DNA from: Oculina patagonica
Lineage: Eukaryota
Direction: 5' to 3'
DNA: 64,000 nucleotides
NCBI RefSeq assembly: GCF_052425735.1
Contig: NC_135771.1
Span: 8,308,001 to 8,372,000, forward strand
The translations under genes and the position numbers were made by a program. Under the pieces are notes generated by a model. It saw only the letters and a program-made list of their open reading frames with translations. It did no database searches and was not told where the DNA came from. Of the stretch, positions 22,669 to 36,520 are shown in pieces. Each line of letters starts with the position of its first letter. The stretch's first letter is position 1.

Positions 22669-24366
22669 ATGGAAGATCTGCAGCCTATCACTGCTGCCGA
22701 ACAAGCTTCATTCTGTGTGGAATTGACAAAGCGGCTCAACATGCAGCGAAAACAAGATCATTTATGCGACATAACTTTGGTGACGAAAGATGACAAAGAG
22801 TTCAAGGCTCATAGAAATGTGCTTTCCGCAGCAAGCCCGTTCTTTCACAAGCTTCTTCAGAGTGACATGAAAGAGAATCGTGAAGGAATCGCTCGGTTCG
22901 AAGAGATTTCGGGGTCTGTAATGGAAGATGTTTTGGAGTTCATTTACACAGGAAGTGTCGAGATAACTCAAGAGAATTCTGAAGATCTAATCGCTACAGC
23001 GAACTATCTGATCATTCCGGGCTTGAAAACCGTTTCTGGCCGATTTCTAGAAGGACAAATGACCAAATCAAACTGCATTTCAACCTTTTATTTCGCTGAG
23101 AAATACCAGTGTGACAAACTTATCGCTAACAGCAAGAAGTTCATCCACGCGAACTTCGCCTCTGTAGCAGAAATGGATGAATTCTTAAACTTGGAAGCAA
23201 AGGAAGTTGAGAGATGGATTTCAAGCGATGAGATTTCTGTTGCAGTCGAAGCCGATGTTTTGAAAATCATTTTCAAGTGGATCGAACAAAACAAAAGCGA
23301 GCGAAAGGCAACGTTTGAAGAATTGTTTCGTCACGTGCGGCTGGTTTTCCTGTCGCGTGACTATTTGCTCGATGTCGTGACAAATGAACTTGTGCGAGAG
23401 AATTTCGGTTGTTTGAAGCTGGTTTCAGATGCTATTAAGCTGACTAGCTTTACAAGTGAAAATGATCTTCGGCAGTCACCGAGAAAAGGGCTTGAAACAC
23501 GCGCCATTGTAGCTTGTGGAGGGAAATACACTTTCTGTTATCTCCCCGAGAAAGATGAGTGGAAGCGTTTGCCAGACGGGCTGTCAGAGAATCGGGACTA
23601 TGAAACCAAGATGATAAACTTCCACGATAAGTTGTACACCTTTCACCGTTATAAGGCAGAGAGATGCGATCCCGTATTTAATGGCTGGTCTACTTTGGAC
23701 TTAAGTTTGTCCGCCCCTTCTACTATGGTGACTGTCGTTAAAGGAGAAATCTATGCTGTTGAGGTCAACACATCAACGAATAAATCCACTATTCAAAGGT
23801 ACAATGTAGAGTTGTGTTCATGGCAGACAGTTCTCTCATCTCACGAGGGCTGCAGAGAAGAGGCTTGAGTTGTTGCAGCTGGTAATCACCTTTATATTCT
23901 CGGAGGCAAGCGGCCACAGGCAGGATACGTTACGAAAAGTGAGAGATTCGACACTGTGGAAAACAAATGGGAGGAAATCGCAGACATGCAAAAAGAAAAA
24001 AGCTACACTTTTGGTGTGGCCACTCAAGGAAACATTTTTGTTGCCGGTGGGTGGTCGAGAACATGTGAGATGTACAATATTTTAAAAAACGAATGGCACT
24101 CTATTGCAAGCTTGAATGTTAAGCATGTATGGGGTAGTATGGTGTGTCTGAAGGGAACACTCTATGCCCTGGGTGGTGTAAGGAATGTCACCTATTTCCC
24201 AAGTGAGTTAACTGTTGAATGCTACGACTCTACAAAGGACAAGTGGATCAAGAAAACAACCATACCAGTGAAAATGATTTCCAAAGAAAGTAATAATACA
24301 TTTACTGGCTGCGTACTGAAACTCTCCAAAGGAGTACTGGACAAACTTGACGTTGTTAAAGAATAG
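22669..24366 (+). pseudogene. K4: BTB-BACK-Kelch gene with a single in-frame TGA
   Basis: 566-codon frame with TGA at 23866-68 where most paralogs have TGT (Cys). The frame continues unbroken to the normal stop. CRE at 22542-49. Confidence 0.85.
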
Positions 24367-25045
24367 TCCCGCAGCTGTTTCGCACCGTTGTGTTTGAAAG
24401 GTCCACTTAACCTTAAACTTTACGTACATTTTACAGCAAAGTTTCATTTTAAGTTCATTATTTTCCGAGATTAGAAAACAGTAGAATGACCTCTAGAATG
24501 TATGAACACATTTACATAGTTTGAGTATGCTTTCTTAAATGTCAACTTACCGACAGATCGACCTTCAGCTTGAAGTTCTGAGTAGGAGCGTGACTTTTTT
24601 CATAATTAGTGCGCATGCCCAAGATCGTCACTTGTCACACAATTCTCGTTCCTAGAACCTCCGCGTCTACTGAAGGGCTCTGGTACGAGACTGGCGAACA
24701 GGCTCTTTGGTAGAGGATATGGGGCGAAGGGAAAGCGGGATCTATTTGAATATTGAATATTGAATGTCCCTAATAACTGAACCACGAAGACTTAGAAGTA
24801 AATAAGTGTTATAGTACAGTAACAAATCAAACAGTGATGAAAACTACGCGAGAAATTGAAAAATCGAGTTAGATGTTAGTAAAGTCACGCGAGGTGTAGA
24901 AAAGATTAACAAAATCGAGCGAGAAATTATAAACGTTTTAGCTTTCGCGGAGCCGTAGTGTTAGTTTTTCATGTGAGACAAACTTTCAAAGAAAGTTGTA
25001 AGCCAGAACGTTCAGAACGAGCAATCATTGCGCAATCATGTTATA

Positions 25046-25088
25046 TCATGCTGATGAGTCCTTACAAGGACGAAACAGCTGTCCATGG
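25046..25088 (+). ncRNA. Minimal type I hammerhead ribozyme (Penelope-like element type)
   Basis: tcatg-CTGATGA-gtcc(ttacaa)ggac-GAAA-cagctg-TC^catgg: complete core, stem II, palindromic stem III (acagctgt), GUC cleavage triplet ending at 25083, stem I catg/catg. Confidence 0.85.
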
Positions 25089-25205
25089 CTGCCACTCCAC
25101 GGGTAATAGGCTGTGCGCATGCGTACAGGTCTTGGCCGGGCCGTGGAGATGTGTCGTGTGACCATTGCATTCAGTGGTTTATTTATATGTTGGATTGTAG
25201 TTATA

Positions 25206-28200
25206 CCTTATTAACTGCGCTGCGCAGTTCTTGCTCTGCACGTCCTTTTTTTTTTTAACTGCGCTGCGCAGTTCTTGCTCTGCACGTCCTTTTTTTTTTT
25301 TTTTTTTTTTTTTTCTCAGTGACCAGACTGATGCCCCCGCTCGGCCAGGCTGGGGTCACGCAAGGTTTAAAAGCTAGAAAACACTTACTAATGGGAAATT
25401 TTCAAATGCTTTGGTCTTAATAAGCATGTTTAGCGTGAGGTGTCCGATTTTGAAGCATTTTATTCAAACAAAATTCTAAATTTTCATGCCTCGAAAGAAA
25501 AATATATTTCAGCGGGCCAAAATCTGTGAATAAATACCATTACGTTGGTGTTAAAGAATGTGCTGACATGACAAGTTTCACTTTCGATCGGCTAGACCTC
25601 GAGTCACGTAATTTTTCAAAGCTATTTTCAGCTACCTTTCAAATCTTTGCGAATCCATTAATCTTTACTTAAAAAATTCAGTGTGAAGTATTTTGAAGCA
25701 TTTGAATCGAAGAAAATACTAAACTTTTACGCTTTAAATAAATACGCTTTAGCGGGCAAGAATTTACATTTATTTACATTACGTTTGTGTCTTTACTTAG
25801 CATGTTTAATGTAAAATGTTCGATTTTTAAGTGTTTGACTCAACGAAAATACTAAATTTTCATGCTATGAAAGAAAAATATATTTTAGCGGACTTGATAC
25901 TGTGCCTAAATACCATTACGTTCGTGTCAAAGAATGTGCTGACATGACAAGTTTCACTTTTACAAGGCCTTACTTGTGATCGGCCAGTCACGCAATGTTT
26001 TAAAGCTGTTATTCAGCTACTTATGTAAAATTTATGAATCCTTTGGTCTTCATTTAGCACGTTTAGTGTGAAATATTCAATTTTAAAGCGAAATGTATTT
26101 TTCTTTCTTCACTCTGCTAAAAACGGCTCAAGTGTTCTTCTCAAATTTGATTTAAATCTTTGCTTTAATATTCCCTTCTAGGAACGATTGTTCAGTGTTT
26201 AAACATTAATTCAATACAACACTGGATGGATTAAAATAAATCGTCTGGCTTCACGGATCAGGATCGTGGGAATCTGGCTAGCATTAGCATACAAGAAAAA
26301 TAATAAATTGCAGATGGAACTAGTCAACCATGAAATGTCACACAAGGTGTTCTCTTACCATCTGTTTGTCAGTCGCAACATTTTTTGAAAGAGAAATATA
26401 ATTCAGCGGGCCAGAATCTGTAATGAAATACCATTACGTTGGTGGCAAAGAATGTGCTGACATGACAAGTTTCACTTTCGATCGGCTAGATCTTGAGTCA
26501 CGTAATGTTTCAAAGCTGTTACCAGCTACCTTTTAAATCTTTGCGAATCCTTTGGTCTTTACTAAACAAATTAATTGCGAAGTATTTCTCTTTTAAGGGT
26601 AATCTTTTTTTTTTGCCTGTGTCATTGAAAGGATTTTAAAGATATCAAGAAAAATTCCCTTCACAAACATGCCCTGACTGCCGCCCTGACTTGTACCGCT
26701 TACGTCATTCGGTATGCTAGGGAATTACCCTCTGTGCTAGAAACAGCTTGGGAATTCGGCCAGAATTTGCCTATACTGTCGAAATTCTCACGGATACTTT
26801 CGCTTTAGTGAGCAAGAATTTACATTTATTTACATTACGTCTGTGTCCCGGAATGTGCTGACGTTAGCAAATTTCTACTTTCACAAGGCACCGATCGGCA
26901 AGAATCACGCAATGCTCTGAAAGGTTTAAATCTGCCAGAAACGGAAACTAAACAAATCCTTTGGTCTAAACTTAGCATGTTAAGTGTGAAATATTCGACT
27001 TTTTAGCGTTATTTATTTTTGGAGCTGTGTCATCTATAGGATTTCTGAAATCTGATGGAAAACCACCGAGACAAACATGCCTTGACTTGCAAAGATTACG
27101 TCATTGCTAAATTAATTCTCCGGGAAATTCCCATTCAGCAAAACACAGGTCTAGTGTTTTTCTCAAATTTGATTTAATTATTTGCTCCAATATTCCATTT
27201 TCGGAGCTGGTTATTCAATCTTTAAACGGTAATTCAAGACAACACTGGTCGCTGATTTAAAAGATTTTTTTGTTTCACGGATCAGGATCGTGGGAATTAA
27301 ATTTGGCCAGCATTAGCATATAAAAAAATATTTAATTTCGGACGGAACTAGTCAACCATGAAATGTCACGCAAGGTGTTTTCCTACCATCTTGTTTGCCA
27401 GTCGCAACATTGTTCGACGCAGGTAAAGGGGATAAGGGGGGGGGGGGGGTGCAATTTTTTGTTCCCCCCACATGGCTCCCCTAAAGTGCTCACGAGACCA
27501 GCGCAGTTGTAAGCTCTAAGAGCTCTTGTTTTTTTCTCAGTGACCAGACTGATGCCCCCGCTCGGCCAGGCTGGGGTCACGCAAGGTTTAAAAGCTAGAA
27601 AACACTTACTAATGGGAAATTTTCAAATGCTTTGGTCTTAATAAGCATGTTTAGCGTGAGATGTCCGATTTTGAAGCGTTTTATTCAAACAAAATTCTAA
27701 ATTTTCATGCGTCGAAAGAAAAATATATTTCAGCGGGCCAGAATCTGTGAATAAATACCATTACGTTGGTGTTAAAGAATGTGCTGACATGACAAGTTTC
27801 ACTTTCGATCGGCTAGACCTCGAGTCACGTAATTTTTCAAAGCTATTATCAGCAGCTACCTTTCAAATCTTTGCGAAGCCATTAATCTTTACTTACAAAA
27901 TTCAGTGTGAAGTATTTTGAAGCGTTTGAATCAAAGAAAATACTAAAATTTCACGCTTTAAAAAAAATACGCTTTAGCGGGCAAGAATTTACATTTATTT
28001 ACATTACGTTTGTGTCCTGGAATGTGCTGGCGTTAGCAAATTTTTACTTTCACAAGGCACTGATCGGCAAGAATCACGCAATGCTCTGAAAGGTTTAAAT
28101 CTACTTCAAAAAAAAAAACTAAACAAATCCTCTGGTCTTAACTTAGCATGTTAAGTGTGAAATGTTCGACTTTTTAGCGTTATTTATTTTTGGAGCTGTG

Positions 28201-30093
28201 TCATCTAGAAGATTTCTGAAATCTGATGGAAAACCACTGAGACAAACATGCCCTGACTTGCAAGGGTTACGTCATTGGTAAATTAATTCCCCGGGGAATT
28301 CCCATTCAGCAAAACACAGGTCTAGTGTTCTTCTCAAATTTGATTTAATTATTTGCTCCAATATTCCATTTTCGGAGCTGGTTATTAACTGCGCTGCGCA
28401 GTTCTTGCTCTGCACGGGGTTTATTATTATTTTTCGTTTTGTCGGTGACTTGTACCAAGCCTCCACTCGGTCAAGCTCATGTCACGCGATGTTTAGAAGC
28501 TACAAATCAGTAACAAATGGAGACATTTTCTTATTTTTTTTCCTTTAAAAAGAATGTTTAGTGTGAAATATTCGATTTTGAAGCGTTTTATTTAAAGGAA
28601 ATTCTAAATTTTCATGCGTCGAAAGAAAAATATATTTCAGCGGGCCAGAATCTGTGAATAAATACCATTACGTTGGTGTAAAAGAATGTTCTGACATGAC
28701 AAGTTTCACTTTCGATCGGCTAGACTTTGAGTCACGTAATTTTTCAAAGCTATTATCAGCTACCTTTCAAATCTTTGCGAATCCATTAATCTTTACTTAC
28801 AAAATTAAGTGTGAAGTATTTTGAAGCGTTTGAATCGAAGAAAATACTAAAATTTCATGCTTTAAATAAATACGCTTTAGCGGGCAAGAATTTACATTTA
28901 TTTACATTACGTTTGTGTCCTGGAATGTGCTGGCGTTAACATTTTTTACTTTCACAAGACACTGATCGGCAAGAATCACGCAATGCTCTGGAAGGTTTAA
29001 ATCTGCTACAAACGGAAACTAAACAAATCCTCTGGTCTAAACTTATATGTTAAGTGTGAAATATTCGACTTTTTAGCGTTATTTATTTTTGGAGCTGTGT
29101 CATCTATGGGATTTCTGAAATCTGATGAAAAACCACTGAGACAAACATGCCCTGACTTGCAAGGGTTACGTCATTAGTAAATTAATTCCCCGGGGAATTC
29201 CCATTCAGCAAAACACAGGTCTAGTGTTCTTCTCAAATTTGATTTAATTATTTGCTCCAATATTCCATTTTCGGAGCTGGTTATTCAATCTTTAAACGGT
29301 AATTCAAGACAACACTGGATGCTGATTTAAAAGATTTTTTTGTTTCACGGATCAGGATCGTGGGAATTAAATTTGGCCATCATTTGCATTAGCAGATAAG
29401 AAAAATGTTTAATTTCGGATGGAACTAGTCAACCATGAAATGTAACGCAAGGTGTTTTCCTACCATCTTGTTTGTCAGTCGCAACATTGTTCGACGCAGG
29501 TAAAGGGGATAAGGGGAGGGGGTGCATTTTTTGTTCCCCCCAGATGGCTTCCCTAAAGTGCTCACGAGACCAGCGCAGTTGTAAGCTCTAAGAGCTCTTG
29601 TTCAATCTTTAAACGGTAATTCAATGCAACACTGGATACTGATTTAAAAGATTTTTTTGTTTCACGGATCAGGATCCTGGGAATTAAATTTGGCCACCAT
29701 TAGCATATGAGAAAAATATTTAATTTCGGATGGAACTAGGCAACCATGAAATGTCACGCAAGGTGTTTTCTTACCATCTTGTTTGTCAGTCGCAACATTG
29801 TTCGACGCAGGTAAAGGGGATAGGGGGGGGGGGGTGCATTTTTTGTTCCCCCCACATGGCTCCCCTAAAGTGCTCACGAGACCAGCGCAGTTGTAAGCTC
29901 TAAGAGCTCTTGTTATAGGAATATAATGAAGCATTTTAACAACGCGAACAAAATTTACGCGTAATAAAATTATCGCGAATTTAAGAAAAGTTCTGGTTGG
30001 ATGCTTATAGTAAACGTGTTTGCATAAATAAAATTAACGCGTATTTTTGAAATTCGCCTTAATAACATGTATCGTTAATTTCCTATAATAAGG
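25206..30093. mobile_element. TA-target MITE split by the Helentron-type array
   Basis: The rejoined left end ccttat|tataggaa is the inverse of ttcctataataagg ending at 30093. A related fragment lies at ~45890-46015. Confidence 0.7.
25212..29913 (+). mobile_element. Non-autonomous Helentron-type (HINE/DINE-1-like) element with two self-nested copies (25256-27529, 28386-29601)
   Basis: Each copy starts with the palindromic taactgcgctgcgcagtt and ends with the subterminal IR cagcgcagtt, the hairpin agctctaagagct and cttgt. Insertions fall between T and T without a TSD. Internal tandem subrepeats are present. Confidence 0.8.
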
Positions 30094-30324
30094 TAGTTTA
30101 GTCATATTTTTAGCTTTTCAAGAATATAAGTTGAAAGTATAACCGTGTAAAAATAAAGTGGTTTTATTTGAAACCCAGTGTATTGTACAGGGTATCCATG
30201 TACTTTAAGTAGCCAAAACAAACAAGAACAAAGACGAAACACTAGCAACTTGATGAAGTCGAGGCCTGGAAGGATCCTTTCCCTGGGAAGTGACCCAGCC
30301 AATTCTGCATCGCTCCAAGGGTCT

Positions 30325-30515
30325 GAAAACAACGGAGCTTATCCCGGTTTCAGGACGGGATGCCAGTTACAAGAGTTAACACCCAGATTCGCAGGTTCCC
30401 TTTTAAACACCTGGGTAGAGAGTAGTGTCTTGCCCGAGAACGCAACACAATGGTCAGAGCTCGATCCCGGACCGCTCGATCCGGAGTTCAGTGCGCTAGT
30501 GATTAGGCCACCATG
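30325..30515 (-). mobile_element. tRNA-derived SINE (degenerate)
   Basis: ggagcttatcccggttt...ccggaccgctcgatccggagttcagtgcgcta...ttaggccacc. Confidence 0.65.
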
Positions 30516-30693
30516 CCTTCCACGATAAGCAACGTAATTCCAGGGCGGGAGAGGGCTGGTGGCAACCCTGCTTACAGATTCCTTAGCTTCCCTCTACACT
30601 TTTTTCGCTATGGCTGATAGAAATTCATTTACAACACCTTTTTTCATTGAAGGATTTCATTTCAGCATGTAATACATCTTGCACGGTAAGTTA

Positions 30694-31260
30694 GGGCCTG
30701 TTTACATGATTCCGGAATGACTTTCATTCCGGAACGAAACTCGTTCCGGAATGAAATTCGTTCTGCATTTACATGACAGAGTCGACCGGTTCAACCAAAG
30801 GCATTTTCACGTGCACGATTTCCGCGCGAGATCAAAACAAGGTGGCGCATGTTTCGCGCGAGATCAAAACAAGATGGCGCATGTTTCGCGCAAACATGTT
30901 TTTGTGCCCATTAATGGCCGTATCTGCAGTTTTGCCAAGTAATTTGACCATAGAGCTGCTTCTTTGGGCTAAACAGATGTATGTTTTTTCGCTCTGAATT
31001 CAAACTGTGGAGTCCGTATGCGGTTCAACAAGTTGCGAGTTCATCCCGGAACGAAATTCGTTCTATGTTTACATGATACCAGAATGAAATGTCATCCCAG
31101 AACGAAACTTTCATTCCGGAATGAAAACCGGAATGAACTCATTCCGGAATGACTTGACTTTCGTCTCGGTATCATGTAAACAGATAAAGAGAAATGTATG
31201 CGGGGATGGAATGAACTCGTTCCGGAATAAAAGTCATTCCGGAATCATGTAAACAGGCCC
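30694..31260. mobile_element. PIF/Harbinger-type MITE
   Basis: TIR gggcctgtttacatgattccggaatgacttt with TTA duplicated. Empty site near 48081 (agttatttcta). Confidence 0.9.
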
Positions 31261-31938
31261 TTATTTCTACAGAACGGAGAAACGGATGAATAAAACGCGA
31301 ACAATCTTTGAAAATTACTCCACGTTAAAAGATTGTTTTACAAAATATATTTACAAGCCACAGTGTATAGTGTGCAACTTCATCAACGTAATGAATAAAC
31401 GGTTATCTGCGAATATTAACGCGAGTTTCAGGTTAGTAGTTTACAGACGTTCCATATCTTACATTAAAGGGACTGAGTCGCAGTAATTTTTTTTAAATAC
31501 GGGGATGAGAGAGGTGCAGTTATTTTCCAAGAGATTGGATCAGCAGTCTGTTTATGTCCTCCAGCTGTTCAGAAACATTCTGCTTCAAAGGCCGATAGTC
31601 ACTCTCCATGCTTTTGGAAGGGAGCACTATATAATGTTATTTGAAACGCGAGTATTTAATTTTCAGACACTTAACCTGAAAGTACTGTTGAAATAGCGCT
31701 CACTTGAATGGTCATACACCAGGGTTTCATAAACATAAAAGTTAGAACAAGCTTGTACAGCATATTAAATAAACATCATTAAAATCCATTGTAGCCACGG
31801 TATATTGCGAGTTTTAATTGGTTTACAGGCGGTGTTATATGAGCTCATATCCCATGGACCACAGGTGTACGCCTCAGTAATTATTCCACTCGCGCTTGTT
31901 GGCATTCTCGTCCCGAGAGACGCTAAGTGTCCTTCTTA

Positions 31939-32512
31939 AGGGCCTGTTTATATGGAGGAGAGTTGTCCCTGGTAGGAGGGCTACCCTCTTCCCCGAGCTA
32001 TCTTTTGCCGAGCGTTTATATGAAAAAGTTGTCCCTGTTGACCGAGCCAAAACTTGGCCCTCTCGGTTCAAAAGACTGGCGAGAGTTGTTTTGAAACATC
32101 TATTATGTCTGCCTTTTTTTAAATCAGGAACGCTGAAACATCGACCACGACCATTTTTTGGACAAATTCACCGCCGACTTCGATTTCAATGTATCTGCAA
32201 TTTTGTTTTGGTCGACTGCAGCGTTTGCGCATGCTCTGTATGTGTTAACTTGTCCCTGGTAGGCGAGGCGAAAATAACCAAACTGTTTATATGGAAAAAA
32301 GTTGGCTCGCTCCCCAGGGTCACCCTACCTTCAAAGCGAGTGACCCTCCACCCAGGGTCACCCAGCCCTCTGAGCCAACTTTGCAATTTCTTATATAAAC
32401 AGTTCGCAGCTATTTATAAAGAAACGTATGAAAAGCTCTCTCGCCCGGGGTGGCTCTGTATGGAGGGTAACCCTCCTACCAGGGACAACTCTCCTCCATA
32501 TAAAGAGGCCCT
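31939..32512. mobile_element. Nested MITE with ~50-bp TIRs
   Basis: agggcctgtttatatggaggagagttgtccctggtaggaggg and its inverse. Empty site ctcttagtc at ~18192. Confidence 0.85.
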
Positions 32513-32841
32513 TAGCCGATTGTGCCTGGGGCACGAAGAACAAAGATTTAAAATTCCTTTGTTGAAAATTCAGCCAATAAAAATCATGTGTCTCCAGAGA
32601 CACATGGAAGTCATTACCAGAGATTATAAAATCTTCGACATCACAAAATGACTTCATTACAGCTGTCCGACAATACCCTTTTAGCCTTTTAGCTAACACT
32701 TTTTTTTCGTGGGAGGCGGGGGAGGTGAATAGACTTAGTGAACTTGTATTTTTATATTATTTTAATGTGAAAGTAGATAACGGAGATAATAATATTGTTA
32801 TTATTATAATTATTTCTTAATATATATTTTTAAAATGTTAA

Positions 32842-34563
32842 GATGGTTTCCGCCCAACATTCGAGCAATACAGGCAAAAATAAAATTACCAAAAAGGCCT
32901 CTTAGCATGGTAACAGTTTAAGTACAGCTAACAAAAATCTGCCAAAAATTTAGCACTCAAGCTGACCCCGCGAGAGAAAAATAGATTTGAAGTTGTCAAT
33001 ATTTCAGTTAAAACGGACGTTTCGCGCCAGTTCAAAACAAAATGGCGCGCGTTTTAAACATTTTTACGAGGTTTTACTTTATTTTTCTGGAGAATGCTTT
33101 AGAATTTAATTACGGGGTCACTAAGACATGTGAATTTCGATAAGATCTTTAAATAGTATACAAAATGTGGCCGTGCTATGAGTAGATTTTTGGTACTTAA
33201 TTTTCGCACTCATTGCTCGAACCTTCAGCGGAATCCGTCTTAATATCTCGAAAGAAACTGGCTTCATTTTGCTATAGCAAAATTCGCACTCCAGGAGAAT
33301 GTCCACTTTTGGAAATGTGGAAAACAATAGCGTGACGTAACAACATGGCGGTTGTCAATTCTTCCCGAGTGGACTCCACTTGAATTCTATATTTGCCTTT
33401 TTTCAAGTTTTCCCGTGGAGGAGGTTAGAACTTACTTTCGATGCATATGTTTGTTTTGGTTGTCTTTTGGGTCGTTTCTTCAGCTTTAATCCAGTGTATC
33501 TCTTTTGAAAATTTTTTCTGAGCCTTGAAAAAATTCAGGGATGTTCTACAGTTATTCTAGTTGCTCTGTGCGAAATCTGAGTGATTGGCCGCAATTTGGG
33601 TGGATGGGCCGCGATTTTTGCTGGAAGCCATCGTCTACGCAAAATGAGACTACCTTCAACTAATCTGTTTGGGCTTCTTTTCGTTCGCTTCAGTCGATGA
33701 CTTGATGGATAATTGACGTCAAAAAACATCTTAAATATATCCACTATCGCCACAGATTATCTACTGGACGAGTTTAAAGACAAAGCAAGGACAACAGGAT
33801 GCGAGCTTTGTTTTCTTTCTGGTTTCTTTGGACCGAAGAACTACGCGCTTGAAGGCGCAAAAGCACATTTACGCTAAATGTTAAAAGGAAGGGTATCAGC
33901 CGAAAGCAATCAAGCATGGACTCGCCTGAAGCGAAGGAAATTATTTTCTCGATAAGATTCAATTTCTTGATATCCTGGAGTTAGAAAAACATGGAAGGAA
34001 TGAGAACCCTGGCGAAATGCGTGATTGCGCCATGCCAGGGACGCGAAGGAGACTTCAATGTATATTTGTTCATTTCAGTTTAGTCAACTTATTTCTAACC
34101 AGCTAGAAGTTCTGACGGTTTTGTTGATATGTTTATAAGGAGCTCCAAATTCCATGTTTTCAATTGATTGAGCTAGCCTTCGACTTGAGGTCATCGGTCT
34201 GTTTGATTTCCTGGCCAGCTATTTTGCGAAGCAGAGTTTGACACCTTTTGACGCCTATTTGTTGATGAAATATATGTTAGAAAGCTTTGTCGGGACTCAT
34301 GTTTATTGCAAGTTGTAAAATTCATTAAATATTCATGCGGGTGCAAACCAATCCCAGTACCATATTCAGATCACATGTACACAACTGTAAACCCCAATAC
34401 AAATCAAACAATAGAATTAACTTTTGATACAAACTCCTGCTCAGCTAATTAGTATTCATTAACTTTTGATACAGATCTATACTGATTCGCATAACAATAC
34501 TTTGCATTCAATTTATTGTTTTCATTTCACATTTCATTTCATTTCCTATCGGCTCGCCATTGT

Positions 34564-34605
<42 letters not shown>

Positions 34606-36520
34606 CAGTACAGCTCACTTTATGTTTTCACTACAAGACCAGCAGATTATGAGCTGTCGCGAAGGATTTTTTTCTTATATTTTTATTGTGTTAATTACCA
34701 AGCCAGGCTGTTTGATTTACAGCAATGTAATGTCACTGTAATGTGTCGCTTCCTTCGACGCGTGTTCTTTTTTCTTGACTCAGGCCCCGTTTACACGGGT
34801 CCGGACAAATTTTTGCACGGACAAAAACTTGCACGGTTCCACCTTGCGTTTACACGGGACCGGCGGAACTGGACGAATTTTTGAACGGCTAAGTGTGCAA
34901 GTTTTGGACCTGAAAAAAGCAGGTCAAATTTTTGACCGGCACGGTTCCATATTGCGTACGGACTCGTGTAAACACCCGAACCGTGCAACTTTTTGCACAG
35001 ATAGCGCGGTTAAGGCCTGGAATCTAGTTATATTTTGCCTGGTTGCTTAGCAAAAATGAAACATTTTGTTGCATTATGCCCCTATTTTGTTACATTTTGT
35101 TTTAAAAATTTAAAAATTTGAAGTTTAACTTGATCCGTTTTAGTTTGTTTTGGATTCGGTCTTTGTTGAAGCTTCCTGACGCATCGGTACGTCGGGGGAA
35201 TTTCTCCCTGTCGTTATGAGGGTACTTTTCCAAAAACATTTTGGTTACGTCTTCGTACTTGCTCTTGACCGTTTCCCAATCAACTCCTTCCCCTGCTTTT
35301 CTTGTTGCTTAATGTAGTCTATAACTACATTAAGCAACAAATTAATTTCTTCATCAGACCACGTAAAGTTCTTGTCTGCCGCTTCTGCGCATGCCGCCAT
35401 GTTTGATTTGCCGCGTGCTGCATTAGCTGCAACATGATTGGCTTAAAACATTAGCGATAACCAATCACAACAGAGACGTAAAAAAGCCATTCAAATGCCG
35501 CGACTGGTCTAAAATTTGCACGGTTCCGTGTAAACACCACTGCAATCTGTAACAAAATTTGCACGGATCCATGTAAACTGGCGGTCCAGGTACAAAATTC
35601 GTCCGTGCAAAAATTTGTCCGGACCCGTGTAAACGGGGCCTCAGTTGCGCCAAATATTCATGTGGCTTCTACGAAGCTATTTACGTTTTCGTTAAATTCG
35701 TAGAAAACAAGTAATAAGTTTAACGGGTTATGTTAGACCCGTCAGTTCTGGCACGATTATACCAAATGTAAATGTTTTCATGACAGTTTGCGAGATCGCA
35801 TTTAATTTTTGAATTCGAGCCGTCGCTAAGCTAATGCCCAGGATGCAAAGCTTCTTAATCGATTTGGCGTAAATTATGAGGGTATCTTATTTGAAAAACC
35901 GGAGTTCATAGCTTCTGTTATTCAATTTACCAGACCAAGTGCTTAGTGTTACATGTATGTCGCTGGTATGTACATAGCGCGCGACGGAAAACGCTCGTTT
36001 CCGCTTTACTCACCCTCGGACAAGAGAGATCAACGGCATATTTTTTTTCTATCTGCAAGCTGTAAATAAAGTTAGGCCCAGGATGCTTAACTCCTTGCAT
36101 GATGTGGCATAAACTGCGATAGTATCTTATTTTAAAAGCGGAGTTCATAGCTCAGTTCTTTTAATTTACCAAAACCAAGTGCTTGGTGTTATGGGCATAG
36201 CGCGCGACAGAAAAGGATTTAAAATGCAAGCGCTCGTCTCCGCTTTACTTATTCCTGGCCAAGAGAGGTCAATGGCATATTTTTTTTCTTTCTGTAAGCT
36301 GTGAATTTCCGCTTAGTTAATAGTACGAAGCTTGTTTCATTCAGATTCGAGCTCTGTATACTTGGCTGTTCTAGATTGCGATCGACAGAGCCAGCATGAA
36401 TATTTTATGTCAACAGACCTCGCATCATGTGACTCCAAATTCGAGCAATGATTGGATAACTGTTTGTTTGATCTGCGGATCAAAACATTTCCAAAAGAGA
36501 ACATTCGTCTGAACTGATTC
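32842..36520. mobile_element. ~3.7-kb insertion at a TTAA site, right end missing
   Basis: Homology to the 18.4-kb paralog breaks exactly at atg-ttaa and resumes at ~36523. No matching right TIR and no transposase ORF seen. Confidence 0.5.
34783..35640. mobile_element. PIF/Harbinger-type MITE
   Basis: ~39-bp perfect TIR ggccccgtttacacgggtccggacaaatttttgcacgga with TCA duplicated. Confidence 0.9.

Noticed and set aside
31896-32651. 251-aa ORF
   Set aside because: It spans nested MITE TIRs, shows no recognisable domain and is absent from the empty paralogous site.
32842-36520. Autonomous transposon
   Set aside because: No long ORF or recognisable transposase motif in the ORF track, and the right end is missing.
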